From positions 3,680,001 through 3,744,000 of the forward strand of contig CBDASK010000003.1 of assembly GCA_965199495.1 (NCBI GenBank): a stretch of DNA of 64,000 nucleotides, in the 5' to 3' direction. Positions 31,251-42,017 of the stretch are shown in pieces. The position numbers and the translations under genes are program-made. Origin of the DNA: Abditibacterium sp. (GTDB lineage Bacteria; Armatimonadota; Abditibacteriia; Abditibacteriales; Abditibacteriaceae). Numbering within the stretch: position 1 is the first letter of the stretch; the number at the start of each line of letters is the position of its first letter. The notes below the pieces were generated by a model, which had not been told where the DNA came from, made no database searches, and saw only the letters and a program-made list of their open reading frames with translations.

Positions 31251-31254
31251 CGAA

Positions 31255-34200
31255 TTACGAATCGCTCTCCGGCGCATCATTTTTGGGTTTGCGCGCGGGC
31301 GACGATTTTTTCGCGTTACGCTTGGCTTTCGCTCGTTTGGGCGCCGGTTTTTTGGCTGGAGTCGTTGCGTCTGTTGTGTCACCTGCGCGCACGCGCGGCG
31401 CTTTGGTGACAATCGTCGGTGATTCGCCCGCTCTGGCGATTTCTTCCATCGGTCTCGCGTCCGCTTCTTCTTCGGTTTCCAATCTCAACTCTTCCAATGT
31501 CTCGATTCTCGGTTCCGAATTGACAATCGGACGAAGTGGCTCGAAGTTGGTGACCTGTTCCGGCGTCGCGCTCGAATTTTCGACTTCGGTTGGCGGCAAT
31601 TCGGGCTGGGCCGCGACAATCGGCGCTTCCTCGACATCGCTTGCGTCGAACTCGGCGCCTTCGTCGGCGGCGCGTTGCAATTTCTGCAACGCTTCGAGTT
31701 CCGTGCCCGCCGTCATCGAAATTGTTTCGCCGCCAACAGCGTCGGGCGCTTCGACGGTTTCGATTCTATCGGCGGGCGGCACATCGGGCGCAAGTTCGAT
31801 GGATTCCGCGTCATCGGTGGGCGGTGTGGCTGCTCCCATCGTCACTGTCACCGTGTGTGTTTTCCCATCGTCTTTGAGCGGAATGATTTTGTCTTTCATC
31901 AATTTTCCATCAATTTCAACCGTCGCGACGCCGTTTTGCGCGCCGCTCGGATTAACGACTTCGATCTGGTAAAGCCCGCTTCCATGCTTGTAAGTCAGCT
32001 TGAAACCTTTCCAATCCGAAGGAATCGCCGGATTGAGATGCAATTTATCGCCGCGTTTGTCGAAGCCCAAAACGCCCTCGACCCACACGCGATACATCCA
32101 GCCGCACGAGCCGGTATACCACGACCAGCCACCGCGCCCGACCTGGCCCTCCAAATCGTAAACGTCCGCCGTCACGACGTATGGCTCGACCTTGTAAGTC
32201 TGCACCGCTTGCGGCGTGCGCGCGTGCTGAACCGGGTTCATCAGGTTTAGCGTCTCGACCGCTTTGTCGCCGCGCCCCGCGAGCGCATAAGCGTAAGCGA
32301 CCCAGCACGCGGCGTGCGTATATTGCCCGCCGTTTTCGCGCACGCCGGGCAGATAGCCTTTGATATATCCGGGGTCTTTCTCGGTATGGTCAAATGCGGG
32401 CGTGAACAATTTAACGATTTTCTTTTCTTTGTCAATCAAATGCTGCTCGACCGCATCCATCGCCATACGCGAACGCGCGGCGTCGCCGCCGCCCGCGATC
32501 ACGCTCCAACTTTGCGGCAACGAATCGATTTTGGCCTCGTCGCTGAGATGCGAACCCAACGGCGTGCCGTCGTCGAAATATCCGCGACGATAGTAAGCGC
32601 CGTCCCACGCGTTCTTCTCGATGCTTTCGACGTAAGTTTGCGCGCGTTTGCGATAATCGCTCGCGAGCTTTTTCTCGCCGCGTGCATCGCAAATTTCGGC
32701 GAAGCTGTTCAAAACGTCCACACAAAACCACCCTAACCACACGCTTTCGCCTTTGCCCTCGATGCCGACGCGATTCAAACCGTCGTTCCAATCGCCGCCG
32801 CCAATCAACGGCAAACCATTCGGCCCACTCGTGCAGCCTTTCTCGATGGCACGGCGGCAATGCTCGAAAACGCTCGCTTTTTCTTCGGAAATTTGCGGCT
32901 CGAAATACTTTTCGTGTTCGCCTTCGGCCAAAACGTCGGCGTGTAAAAACGGCACGACTTCGTCCAAAATCGCCGTGTCGCCCGTCACTTTGACGTATTG
33001 CGCCGTGCCATAAGGCAGGAACAACAAATCATCGGTAATCAGCGTGCGCACGCCCGCATCGCCGGGCGGATGCCACCAATGTTGCACGTCGCCTTCCTCG
33101 AATTGATGCGCGGCGCAGCGCAGAATTTGGTCGCGCGCGGCTTTGGGATATAGCGTGGTTAAGGCCAGCGAATCCTGCATTTGGTCGCGGTAGCCCCACG
33201 CGCCGCCGCTCTGATAAAACGCCGAGCGCGCCCAGATGCGGCAACTCAAAATTTGGTAGGGCAACCAACGGTTGATGAGGAAACTGACCGATTTGTCCGG
33301 CACCTCGACCTGTAAAGTGCTTTCCATGTCGTCCCACCAAGTGCGCGTGGCTGCCAAAGCGCGGTCGGCGCTGCCTTTGGCGCGGAAATCGTTGACGAGC
33401 GAGCGCACCTGTTCCACGCTGTCGGCTTCGCCCAACATAAACGTGACTTCGATGCTTTCGTTCGGCGCCAGTTCAACGGGCACTTGCAACGCGGCGCACG
33501 CATCTAATCCGGCGCCGACGCTGTTTTGTAGCCTCTTGCGGCGCAGCGAAAACGGGTTGATTGGCGAGCCGTTGCGTCCCAGAAATACCATGCGATCCGC
33601 CGTGAACGACTGCGGTTGGGGCGTCGCGCTGGCAAATGCCAGGCGATGCGGAAAGTTCGGATTATAAGCGTTGCGCGCCATTAACGCCGAACTCTGTGTG
33701 TCCCAACTGGTCACGATTTGCATGCGCGTCTCTTCGGCGTGCGTGCCCAGAATCCACTGCGCATACGAAGTCGCGCTCAACTTGCGCACGCGTCCGCTGC
33801 GGTTGGTCAGCTTCAACGTTTGCAAGCGAATCGGGCGTTTGGCGTCGTCCATCGGCACGAACGCGGTTAGCGTTTGCTCGATGCCGTGCGAAGAATGCTC
33901 GAACACCGAGTAGCCCTGACCGTGGCGTGCGCGATAGGCTTCGTTTTCGCGGATCGGCAGCGAAGTCGGCGTCCAAAACTCGCCGGTTTCTTCGTCGCGA
34001 ATGTAAATCGCTTCGTCGGCGGTATCCGAAACCGCGTCGTTGTTCCAAGGTGTAATGCGGTTCGCCTGCGAGTTGCCATACCACGCGAAACCCTGGCCCG
34101 CCTCGGATACTAAGGCGCCGAAATCTTCGTGCGCGAACACGTTAATCCACGGCGCCGGAGTCACATCATTCGGCCCCAGATAAATCGCGTATTCCTCGCC

Positions 34201-37200
34201 GTTTTGCGTGAATCCGCCCAATCCATTGAAGTAGGGCAACTCCATAAACGGCAGCGACAACGCGGTTTCGGTTCGCGTTTTCTCGGTCGGCACGAAGCGC
34301 GGCGGCGCATCCATGTCGTCGTTGACCAAGCCCAACTGCTGCGAAATGCCGCCGCGCGCCGCCACCAAAACCACGCGCGCCACGCTCAGCAAAAGCGTCA
34401 TATCTTCCGGCGGAATCGTATCTGCTGAGCGCAAAAACACGCCGCCCGGCTTTTCGGTGCCGGTATAAGGCGTCGAACCTTCGATGAGTCGGCGCAGCGT
34501 TTCGGTCAAGTCCTGCGCGTAGCCACCGGCCTGTTCGTTGACGATAACCAAATCCACTTTCATGCCGCGCACGCGCCAAAACGTGTGCGCGCGCAACGCC
34601 TGACGCACCACGATTAAATCGCGCGCGTTGTCAATGGCGACCAGCAAAATCGGCAAATCGCCCGAAATGCCATAGGCCCACAACCCGCTTTGCCCCTTGT
34701 CGTTGGCGCGAATGCGCGAGGCGGGCGCGCGTAGAGCCGCGTTGGGATACAATAAATAGCCGCCCAACTGCTGAAACGACTGCGCCTCGTCGGCCTTGAT
34801 TTGCAGATGATGCAGTTCCAATTGCGAATGCGTCCAAGCTAAATCGAACGCCCGCTCGCAGGCGCCAAAGTCGCCGTAACGCTCGATTAAACGATTGGCG
34901 TTCTCCTGCGAATCGGCGGCGCCCGTGACCCAGCAAATCTGAACGCGCTCGCCCGGCTTGAGCGTCGCCTCGCGGCGTAGCGAAAAGCACGGATCCAAAA
35001 CCGCGCCCGTCGTGCCCGACAATTGTCCGTCCAAAGCGACCGGATTGCGCGCGCTGCGCGTCCGTCCCAGGAACTGCAAGCGGTCGGTTTCCCACTGCGC
35101 CGCGCCCAACGGCTTCGACGTGGCTGTTAAGTGGACTGCCCAAACCGGCGTATCTTTGGGCTGACGCAAACGGCGCCACGCCAAAAGCGCCGCACGGTCT
35201 TCGATGACGCCGGTTTGAATGAACAACTTGTTGAACGCTGGATGCGCGCGGTCGGTGGCGTGCGGCGCGAGCGACAATTCGGCAAACGATGTCGCTTCGA
35301 CGCGCCGTTCGCGGCTCGAATGGTTGACGAGCGTTAAGCGGCGCACTTCGACGTTATCTTCGGGCGAAACGCAGATTTCCAGGCGCGATTCGATGTCGCT
35401 ATCGTAGCGGTCGAACTCGACTTTTTCCGGCTTGAAACTGACGCCCATGTTGCGCGCTTTACGTTTGAGAGGTTGGTGCGTCGCGCTCCACGTCAGGTTG
35501 GAATCGAGGTCGCGCAGATACAAGAATTGGCCCCAATTGTCGCGCGTTGGGTCGGCGCGCCAACGCGTGATCTCAAATTCGCCCCAACGCGAAAATCCCG
35601 CGCCCGCCGCCGTCATCATCACGTTGTAGCGCTCGCTGCCCAGCAAATGCGCGCGCACGGCGGGCGTATCGGGCGCCGTCGGGCGCTCGACGGCATCGCC
35701 GCCCAAATTCTCGACGTGCGTCGGGCGCACGTTGTTGGCCGATGGGTTTTCCAAAACCGGTGGCGCTTCGGGAATCTTCTCGAACAAAAGCGGCTCGGCG
35801 GCCTCGACGTAAACATCGGAGTGAAAGCGCCGCTGGACGGCGCCATCGCACAGCACGTTTTGCATCGCGAGCAGCGCCATGCCCTGATGGTGAACCATAA
35901 AGCAGCGCACGATGGCGCCGCGCTGATCTTTGGAGGCCGCGCGTCCTCCAACGCGCGCCAGTTCGCCGACATCGGCGGCGACGACCGAATCTTCGTCCAA
36001 ACGCTGGCGCGTAAAATCTATGGATTCGTAGAACCCATAATCGCCGCGCGCGCCGATTTTTTCCAATTCGCGCAGGTTCTTCAGCGACGCCTCGCGATTC
36101 ACCATCAGCGCCATCATCGTGGCGTAGGGCGCGATCACCAAATCCTCGTCCAAGCCGCGCTTGAGGCCCAGACCCGGCACGCCGAACGCTTTATATTGGT
36201 AGGTATTATTGGAGTCAATCGCCGAATACGCCGCTTCCGAAATGCCCCACGGAACCCTGCGCCGCGCGCCGTAGGCGATCTGAGCAGCCACGGCGACGTT
36301 CTCGGCGCGTTCCAACAGCGAATTATCGAACGCTTTCTGGAACAGCATCGGCATTAGATACTCGAACATCGTGCCGCTCCAACTCATCAATGCCGGGCCA
36401 ACCGGCGTTTGTCCAAATCTGCGCCCCAACGCCAGCCAATGCTCGGCGGGCACGTCGCCGCGCGCGACCGCGCAAAACGAGGCCAAACGGCATTCGGAGG
36501 CCAGCAAATCGTAGAACGAGGTGTCCAACTGTTGCGATTCGACGTTAAATCCGATCGAGAACAATTTGCGCTGTTGGTCGAACAAAAAGCCCATCTTCAT
36601 TTCGCCCGCGATGCCGCGCGAACGGTCAATTACGTCGTCGCATTTGCCCAGCATTTCGCCCGCCAACCAGCGCGCGTTGTCCCATTCGTCGGCGATTTTC
36701 TGCGCCCATTCGCGCACCGGTTCGGGGGTTTGTGGCAAATGACGGCGCTCCAACAATTCGTTTAAACGCCCGGCTTCGCCACGCGCCAATTCGGTCAGCG
36801 ACGGCGAAAGCTCGAAGATTTCGCGCCGCAAATCGGGCGCGTCGGCGCCCAGTGATAATAGAAATTCGTCGGCGGGTTGCGCCAATATTTCGAGCCATTT
36901 GCCATAGCGCGAAACGCTTTGCATCCATAGTTCCAATTGCGTTTCGAGTTGCGCCGCCCAATACGAAACCGGCGTGATAGTAAAGCGTGGGTCGGTCGTG
37001 CCCGCATCCAGATTGGAGCGCGAACGCTGGCTGGCGCGGCGCGGCAATTCGCGCATCGAAAGCGAGCGGCTGAGCGCGACAATCGGCGCTTCCAAGCGGC
37101 GCAACGTCTCGAAAATATCGCGCTGCGAACCGTGCGGCGCCCCGGCCAACTGGCGAATTTCGCTCAGTTCCGCCTCAAACGTCGCGCGCTCATCGCCCAG

Positions 37201-40200
37201 CGCGTTTTCCAGCAAATTCAAAACATCGAGCAAGCCGCTCAACGATTTGCCGGTAAACATCGGCGCGCGATACAATTCTTTCATCGAGCGTGCCATCGTC
37301 CACAAACTGCCCAGCAAGTTGCCCGAATCTACGGTCGAAATGTAGCGCGGCAACAACGGTTTTGCGTCGAGGGAGCCATACCAGTTGTAGAAATGGCCCT
37401 GAAACTTCTCCATTTCGTCGAAAGTCTGCAACGTCTGGTGCGCGCGTTCGGCGACTTCATCCAACGTCAGCCAACCGAAATCGCGCGCTGCGACACACGC
37501 CAAAAGCCACAATCCCATGTTGGTCGGCGAAGTCCGTTGCGCAATTTCAACATTCAAGGCTTCCTGGTAGTTATCGGGCGGCAACCAATTGGTCTGCGGC
37601 CCGACGAAATCGTCGAAATAGCGCCACGTTTGCCGCGCGATGGCGCGCACATACGTTTCATCTTCGCGCCCAATTGCGTCGGTCTGGCGTTCTTCGCGCC
37701 CGCCCGCCAGCCACCAAATCGCCAAAGGCGCGACCGCCCACGCCAACAGATACGGCGACGCCGCGATAATCGCCGTGGCTCCGCGTTGCATCACGGCCAA
37801 AGCGATGGCGCCTGACAGCGCCGAGCCGCTCGCCATGCGCAACATAAACGCGACTTCTCCGGCGCTGCCGCCTCGGTAAGTCGAGGCGGCGGTCTGCCAT
37901 TCGAGCATCAATTTGCGCGACACCGATTTGCGAAACAGCGAGCGTCCGATGGCATCCAATGACATTCCGGCGCGATGCAAAAGCAGCGAAGTCTCGATGG
38001 CCGCGCGAATCAAACCGCGCCCGATTTCGTGGCGCCCGCGCAAAATCCGGTCGGGCCGCGTCGTCAAACGCGTGAAAACGTTAATCGCCGTCGGCCACAA
38101 AACCAGACCGGCCACGCCCGCCGAAGCAGCCACGGCGGCGGGGCCACCCGCCAGCCAGCCGCCAATTAAGAGCGCCACGCTGGCCGGAGCCAAGAGCGAA
38201 CGGCGCAGATTATCGGCGACCTTCCAACGGTTGAACCGCGAAAGCGGATTCTTCTCGCGCCCACGCGGCGTCGGAACCGAGCCAAATGCCCAGTCCGCGA
38301 TCTGCCAATCGCCGCGCATCCATCGGTGATCGCGCTTGAGCGACGCCTGATATTGCGGCGGAAAATCGTCCAACAGAACAATGTCCGAAGCCAAACCAAC
38401 GCGAACGTGCGCGCCTTCGATCAAATCGTGACTTAAAAGCGTCGCGTCGGGAAAACGGTTGCCTAAAACGCGCTCGAAAACTTCCAGATCGTAGATGCCT
38501 TTGCCGTGATACGAACCCTCGCCAAACGCGTCCTGATAAACATCCGAAACCACGTTGGTGTAGGGATCGAGGCCCGACGCCGTCGAGAACAAACGCGAGT
38601 AACGCGTCGCCATCGCGCTTGGTAACATCGTGTCCACGCGTGGCTGAATTAAGGTATAGCCGCGCTCGACCAAGCCATCTTTGCCGATATGCGGACGGTT
38701 AAGCGGATGGGCAATCGCCTCGATCATGCGGCGCGCGGCGCCGTAGGGCATCTGCGTGTCGGCGTCGAGCGTGATGACGAATTTGATGCCGTCCAACTCG
38801 CCCGGCTCGCCTTCGACGACGTGCATCTGTTCGGGCGATGGGTTGCGCGCCCCCAGCAAGTAGCGGTTGAACTCTTCCAATTTGCCGCGTTTGCGCTCCC
38901 AGCCCATCCAGCGTTCTTCGGTTTCGCTCCAACGGCGCTCGCGGATAAACAGGAAAAATTGCGGCCCATATTGCGCGTTGAGATTGGCAATCGCCGCGCG
39001 CGCCGCTTCCAAACGCTCGGCGTCGTCGGCGGTCTGGCGCGACTGGGCGTCGGTGTAATCGGCCAAAAGCGCGTAACGCAAATTCGGGTCGGTGTTGGAC
39101 AGATAATGAATTTCCAATTGCCGCGCGTTCTCGACGCCATCTTCGGCGCTGCCCAAAAGCATCGGAATCGCGATGATGGTTTTCCAGCGATTGGGAATTC
39201 CGTCTTTGAATTCCATCTTGGGCAGTGCCCGTGGCTGCATCAAACGCGTGACCGCGTAGTTGACGACTTGCGTCGCGACTTCGGACGAGGGCAAAAACGA
39301 CAAAACTCGGAGCGGCCACGGCAACGCGCCGCCGACGGCGCGCGCGAAGCGTTCGATGGCCCACATCGCCGCGCCCGTCCCCAAAGTGACGCCCGCGAAA
39401 TACCACGCGCCGGGCCGGTAGCGCAACCAGCGCCGCCATTTTCCGGCGACGGTGTTGCGAAATCCAATCGAAAGTTCAAATGGCACGCGTCCGTCATCTA
39501 TTAAGTAGTAGCCGACGTGGCTGACTGGCTGGTAAATCAAAGTTTCGTGTTCGCGCTCGCCGTGCGAAGGCGCCGCGCGTTGCATCCGCTCGCGCCCGGC
39601 GAGGGCCGCCGTTTGCACCACGCGCTGCGAAATCGTGATTTCGCCCAATTCAGAGTGGCGCGCCAACTTCTCGATTTTTTTGCGATAACGGTCGCGCGTG
39701 GCAAAATCCATCGAGCGATAAACGCCCGCTGGGTCTTGCGACAGAATTTGGTCAACCAGACTCAACTGCTCAAAACACTCGCGCCAATCCAGATTGGCCA
39801 GAAAGCGCATCGTCGTGATCGCGTTGCCAATCGAAACCGCGTCAACCGCCTGACGCCGTTGCTCGCGCGATGTCAATTCGCCCAGCGGCGCCGACATTTT
39901 ACGCTCCAACCAACTGCGCACCGGCCCCAGCGCGGCCTCTTCGTCGAATAAATGCGAAACCAAGCGGTCGGCGAAATGCGGCGCGATTTTCTTTTGTTCG
40001 CGGGAAAGTTCCGCCAGAAGCGGCAGAATTTGATCGGGTTCGCGAAACGCCGCCGCGAGCAATCGGTTGGCCCAGAAATCCGAACGCTCGCGTTCGCGCT
40101 GGCGCTTGTCGGCCTGCGCGGTTAATCGGCGCAAATTTTCGATAATCGCCAGCCGCAGCATCAGCGGCAACGCCCACAGTTCGCCGGTTGTCAAGTTCGA

Positions 40201-41142
40201 GCCGCCCGCCTGATAATGATGAATAAACGAGACTAAAACCTCGCGGTCGAAGCGCCCATCGGTGGCGGCGACGAGTTCCGACGCCAGCAGATAAACGCGC
40301 GGCACTTGCGTATAACGACCGCTCGCGGCGGCGGGCAGTTCTCGCAAAAACTTGGGCGTCAGGTTGCGCTCGACATCCTTGATTTGCCCTTGCACGACAT
40401 AATTGTTATCCAGTAACCATTCCGCCGACAGCGAAACCGCTTGATCCAAACGCGCTGCTTCGGTCAAACCAGCGGCCACGCGCGCGATGATCACGCGATT
40501 TTCGCGCAGACGACTGAGCAAAAAAGTGCCATCGCTTTTGTGTGTTTTGCCATGACGCGCGCCCAGTTCGAGCGCCAAATCGCGCAATTGGTCGGCGTTT
40601 AAAACGTCGCGGCGTAGCGGCGCCTTGGTCAAGTCGAACGGGTCGGGCGCATTGCGTTCGAGGAAAACGGCGGGGCCGCCTTCGCCCTCGCGCAAAATGG
40701 CGAGCGCGTCTTTGAGATAATTGGATGGCGCGCGCACGATAACCAAAGTTTCGCCACCCATCACCGAATTGCGATAGCGATGCAACGTCGCATCGGGCAA
40801 GCGCGCTGCGCCGTGGCCGCTCAACACGTAACCGATGCCGCCGCCAACAATCGCGCCCGCGATGGGAAACGCCGGAGCAATCGAACGCGGCGCCTCGACC
40901 AAACGCCCGACCGCCACCGCGATGCCCGCGCCCATCGCAGCGCCCGCGCCCGCGCCTGTAATACGTGGCGCGCGGGGGCGCACCACGCGCGGCTGCGAAA
41001 CGCTATTTTTGTCGGTTTCGCGCTCGCCCGCCGCTCGCGTAATCAGCGCGATTTGCGTGTAACCTTGGCGCTGCAGATTGCCGTAAGCGGCCTGAGCCGC
41101 CGAGGCGTCGCCAAAAAATGCCAGAATAGAACCGTGTGTCAT
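31255..41142 (-). CDS. ndvB: Cyclic beta-1,2-glucan synthase (GT84 plus GH94 domains; Cgs/NdvB/ChvB)
   Basis: EWLLDN, WMGWERKRGKL, LLSHDLIEG, LPPDNYQE, RTSPTNMGL, SWSGTMFEYLMP, YQSGGAWGYRDQ, GDWNDG, RENGGQYTH. Confidence 0.93.
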   Translation of the reverse strand: MTHGSILAFFGDASAAQAAYGNLQRQGYTQIALITRAAGERETDKNSVSQPRVVRPRAPRITGAGAGAAMGAGIAVAVGRLVEAPRSIAPAFPIAGAIVGGGIGYVLSGHGAARLPDATLHRYRNSVMGGETLVIVRAPSNYLKDALAILREGEGGPAVFLERNAPDPFDLTKAPLRRDVLNADQLRDLALELGARHGKTHKSDGTFLLSRLRENRVIIARVAAGLTEAARLDQAVSLSAEWLLDNNYVVQGQIKDVERNLTPKFLRELPAAASGRYTQVPRVYLLASELVAATDGRFDREVLVSFIHHYQAGGSNLTTGELWALPLMLRLAIIENLRRLTAQADKRQRERERSDFWANRLLAAAFREPDQILPLLAELSREQKKIAPHFADRLVSHLFDEEAALGPVRSWLERKMSAPLGELTSREQRRQAVDAVSIGNAITTMRFLANLDWRECFEQLSLVDQILSQDPAGVYRSMDFATRDRYRKKIEKLARHSELGEITISQRVVQTAALAGRERMQRAAPSHGEREHETLIYQPVSHVGYYLIDDGRVPFELSIGFRNTVAGKWRRWLRYRPGAWYFAGVTLGTGAAMWAIERFARAVGGALPWPLRVLSFLPSSEVATQVVNYAVTRLMQPRALPKMEFKDGIPNRWKTIIAIPMLLGSAEDGVENARQLEIHYLSNTDPNLRYALLADYTDAQSRQTADDAERLEAARAAIANLNAQYGPQFFLFIRERRWSETEERWMGWERKRGKLEEFNRYLLGARNPSPEQMHVVEGEPGELDGIKFVITLDADTQMPYGAARRMIEAIAHPLNRPHIGKDGLVERGYTLIQPRVDTMLPSAMATRYSRLFSTASGLDPYTNVVSDVYQDAFGEGSYHGKGIYDLEVFERVLGNRFPDATLLSHDLIEGAHVRVGLASDIVLLDDFPPQYQASLKRDHRWMRGDWQIADWAFGSVPTPRGREKNPLSRFNRWKVADNLRRSLLAPASVALLIGGWLAGGPAAVAASAGVAGLVLWPTAINVFTRLTTRPDRILRGRHEIGRGLIRAAIETSLLLHRAGMSLDAIGRSLFRKSVSRKLMLEWQTAASTYRGGSAGEVAFMLRMASGSALSGAIALAVMQRGATAIIAASPYLLAWAVAPLAIWWLAGGREERQTDAIGREDETYVRAIARQTWRYFDDFVGPQTNWLPPDNYQEALNVEIAQRTSPTNMGLWLLACVAARDFGWLTLDEVAERAHQTLQTFDEMEKFQGHFYNWYGSLDAKPLLPRYISTVDSGNLLGSLWTMARSMKELYRAPMFTGKSLSGLLDVLNLLENALGDERATFEAELSEIRQLAGAPHGSQRDIFETLRRLEAPIVALSRSLSMRELPRRASQRSRSNLDAGTTDPRFTITPVSYWAAQLETQLELWMQSVSRYGKWLEILAQPADEFLLSLGADAPDLRREIFELSPSLTELARGEAGRLNELLERRHLPQTPEPVREWAQKIADEWDNARWLAGEMLGKCDDVIDRSRGIAGEMKMGFLFDQQRKLFSIGFNVESQQLDTSFYDLLASECRLASFCAVARGDVPAEHWLALGRRFGQTPVGPALMSWSGTMFEYLMPMLFQKAFDNSLLERAENVAVAAQIAYGARRRVPWGISEAAYSAIDSNNTYQYKAFGVPGLGLKRGLDEDLVIAPYATMMALMVNREASLKNLRELEKIGARGDYGFYESIDFTRQRLDEDSVVAADVGELARVGGRAASKDQRGAIVRCFMVHHQGMALLAMQNVLCDGAVQRRFHSDVYVEAAEPLLFEKIPEAPPVLENPSANNVRPTHVENLGGDAVERPTAPDTPAVRAHLLGSERYNVMMTAAGAGFSRWGEFEITRWRADPTRDNWGQFLYLRDLDSNLTWSATHQPLKRKARNMGVSFKPEKVEFDRYDSDIESRLEICVSPEDNVEVRRLTLVNHSSRERRVEATSFAELSLAPHATDRAHPAFNKLFIQTGVIEDRAALLAWRRLRQPKDTPVWAVHLTATSKPLGAAQWETDRLQFLGRTRSARNPVALDGQLSGTTGAVLDPCFSLRREATLKPGERVQICWVTGAADSQENANRLIERYGDFGACERAFDLAWTHSQLELHHLQIKADEAQSFQQLGGYLLYPNAALRAPASRIRANDKGQSGLWAYGISGDLPILLVAIDNARDLIVVRQALRAHTFWRVRGMKVDLVIVNEQAGGYAQDLTETLRRLIEGSTPYTGTEKPGGVFLRSADTIPPEDMTLLLSVARVVLVAARGGISQQLGLVNDDMDAPPRFVPTEKTRTETALSLPFMELPYFNGLGGFTQNGEEYAIYLGPNDVTPAPWINVFAHEDFGALVSEAGQGFAWYGNSQANRITPWNNDAVSDTADEAIYIRDEETGEFWTPTSLPIRENEAYRARHGQGYSVFEHSSHGIEQTLTAFVPMDDAKRPIRLQTLKLTNRSGRVRKLSATSYAQWILGTHAEETRMQIVTSWDTQSSALMARNAYNPNFPHRLAFASATPQPQSFTADRMVFLGRNGSPINPFSLRRKRLQNSVGAGLDACAALQVPVELAPNESIEVTFMLGEADSVEQVRSLVNDFRAKGSADRALAATRTWWDDMESTLQVEVPDKSVSFLINRWLPYQILSCRIWARSAFYQSGGAWGYRDQMQDSLALTTLYPKAARDQILRCAAHQFEEGDVQHWWHPPGDAGVRTLITDDLLFLPYGTAQYVKVTGDTAILDEVVPFLHADVLAEGEHEKYFEPQISEEKASVFEHCRRAIEKGCTSGPNGLPLIGGGDWNDGLNRVGIEGKGESVWLGWFCVDVLNSFAEICDARGEKKLASDYRKRAQTYVESIEKNAWDGAYYRRGYFDDGTPLGSHLSDEAKIDSLPQSWSVIAGGGDAARSRMAMDAVEQHLIDKEKKIVKLFTPAFDHTEKDPGYIKGYLPGVRENGGQYTHAACWVAYAYALAGRGDKAVETLNLMNPVQHARTPQAVQTYKVEPYVVTADVYDLEGQVGRGGWSWYTGSCGWMYRVWVEGVLGFDKRGDKLHLNPAIPSDWKGFKLTYKHGSGLYQIEVVNPSGAQNGVATVEIDGKLMKDKIIPLKDDGKTHTVTVTMGAATPPTDDAESIELAPDVPPADRIETVEAPDAVGGETISMTAGTELEALQKLQRAADEGAEFDASDVEEAPIVAAQPELPPTEVENSSATPEQVTNFEPLRPIVNSEPRIETLEELRLETEEEADARPMEEIARAGESPTIVTKAPRVRAGDTTDATTPAKKPAPKRAKAKRNAKKSSPARKPKNDAPESDS

Positions 41143-41254
41143 AAAATCGAAAAAGTCGGCGCGTGCCAATTCTTTGGGTTCTTAGTATGAAAGGTAAGGC
41201 GCCGAAATGTGCGCGTTACAAATGAAAATCGTGCGCCTGAAGCGCTACGCGTTG

Positions 41255-41400
41255 AGGCGAATAAATTCGCAGCCACAATTAGGTGTCGGCCTGCGCCGAC
41301 ACGTCGCAACATGAACGAAGCAAAACGGCTCTTCGTTTAGTGTGTTCTCTTCGTGTCGGCGCAGGCCGACACCTAATTATGGCTGCGAATTTATTCGCCT
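41255..41400. repeat. REPIN-like palindrome left of the transposase (family E)
   Basis: aggcgaataaattcgcagccacaattaggtgtcggcctgcgccgacacg and its near-perfect reverse complement. Confidence 0.9.
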
Positions 41401-41448
41401 TTCTGCGCGATGCTATAATTCAACTCGTCCCCATTTCAAATTCAACTT

Positions 41449-41901
41449 ATGCCCAACACCAACAGGCGTCTCGTTCGCGGCGACAAAATTGAGATTTACG
41501 TTCACTTCATCTGGACGACTTTCGACCGGCAAGAATGGATCGCGCCTCATCTGGAGGCCGAACTCTTTCCGCTTATCAACGCGATGGGCCAGCGTCATGG
41601 TTGCAAAACGTTGGCGATTAACGGTGTCGAAGATCATCTGCATTGGCTGGTCAAGTATTCTTCCACCACGCTGACCTGCGATGTGGCCAAAGATTCCAAA
41701 GGCGCTTCTTCCAAATGGATGGGCGAGCAATTCGAATCGTTCAAGTGGCGCCCGACTTATGCGGCCTTTTCGGTCTCGCGCTGGAATGTGCGCAAAATCA
41801 TGAATTATATCGCGCGCCAGAAAGAACATCACGCTAATGGCACGACCGATAAACGGCTGGAAAGCGAGGACGAGTGGCTGGAAATCGCGGATGGGGAGTA
41901 G
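41449..41901 (+). mobile_element. tnpA: IS200/IS605-family HUH (Y1) transposase, REP-associated (RAYT-like)
   Basis: YVHFIWTT..R, DHLH (HUH motif), KGASSKW, NYIARQKEHH (catalytic Tyr); no tnpB; palindromes on both sides. Confidence 0.88.
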
Positions 41902-42007
41902 GCGAATAAATTCGCAGCCACAGTTAAGTGTCCACCTTCGTGGACACGGAAAATGGGTGTGTCGGCGAAGGCCGACACTTAACTGTGGCTGCGAATTTAT
42001 TCGCCTA
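41899..42007. repeat. REPIN-like palindrome right of the transposase (family E)
   Basis: taggcgaataaattcgcagccacagttaagtgtc ... gacacttaactgtggctgcgaatttattcgccta. Confidence 0.9.
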
Positions 42008-42017
42008 AACTAACCCC

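Noticed and set aside
31193..31972. 259-aa Ser-rich plus-strand ORF
   Set aside because: Antisense shadow of the low-complexity Cgs tail, starting inside a terminator.
41255..42007. CRISPR array
   Set aside because: The repeats are inverted pairs, not direct repeats with unique spacers, and there are no cas genes in the window.
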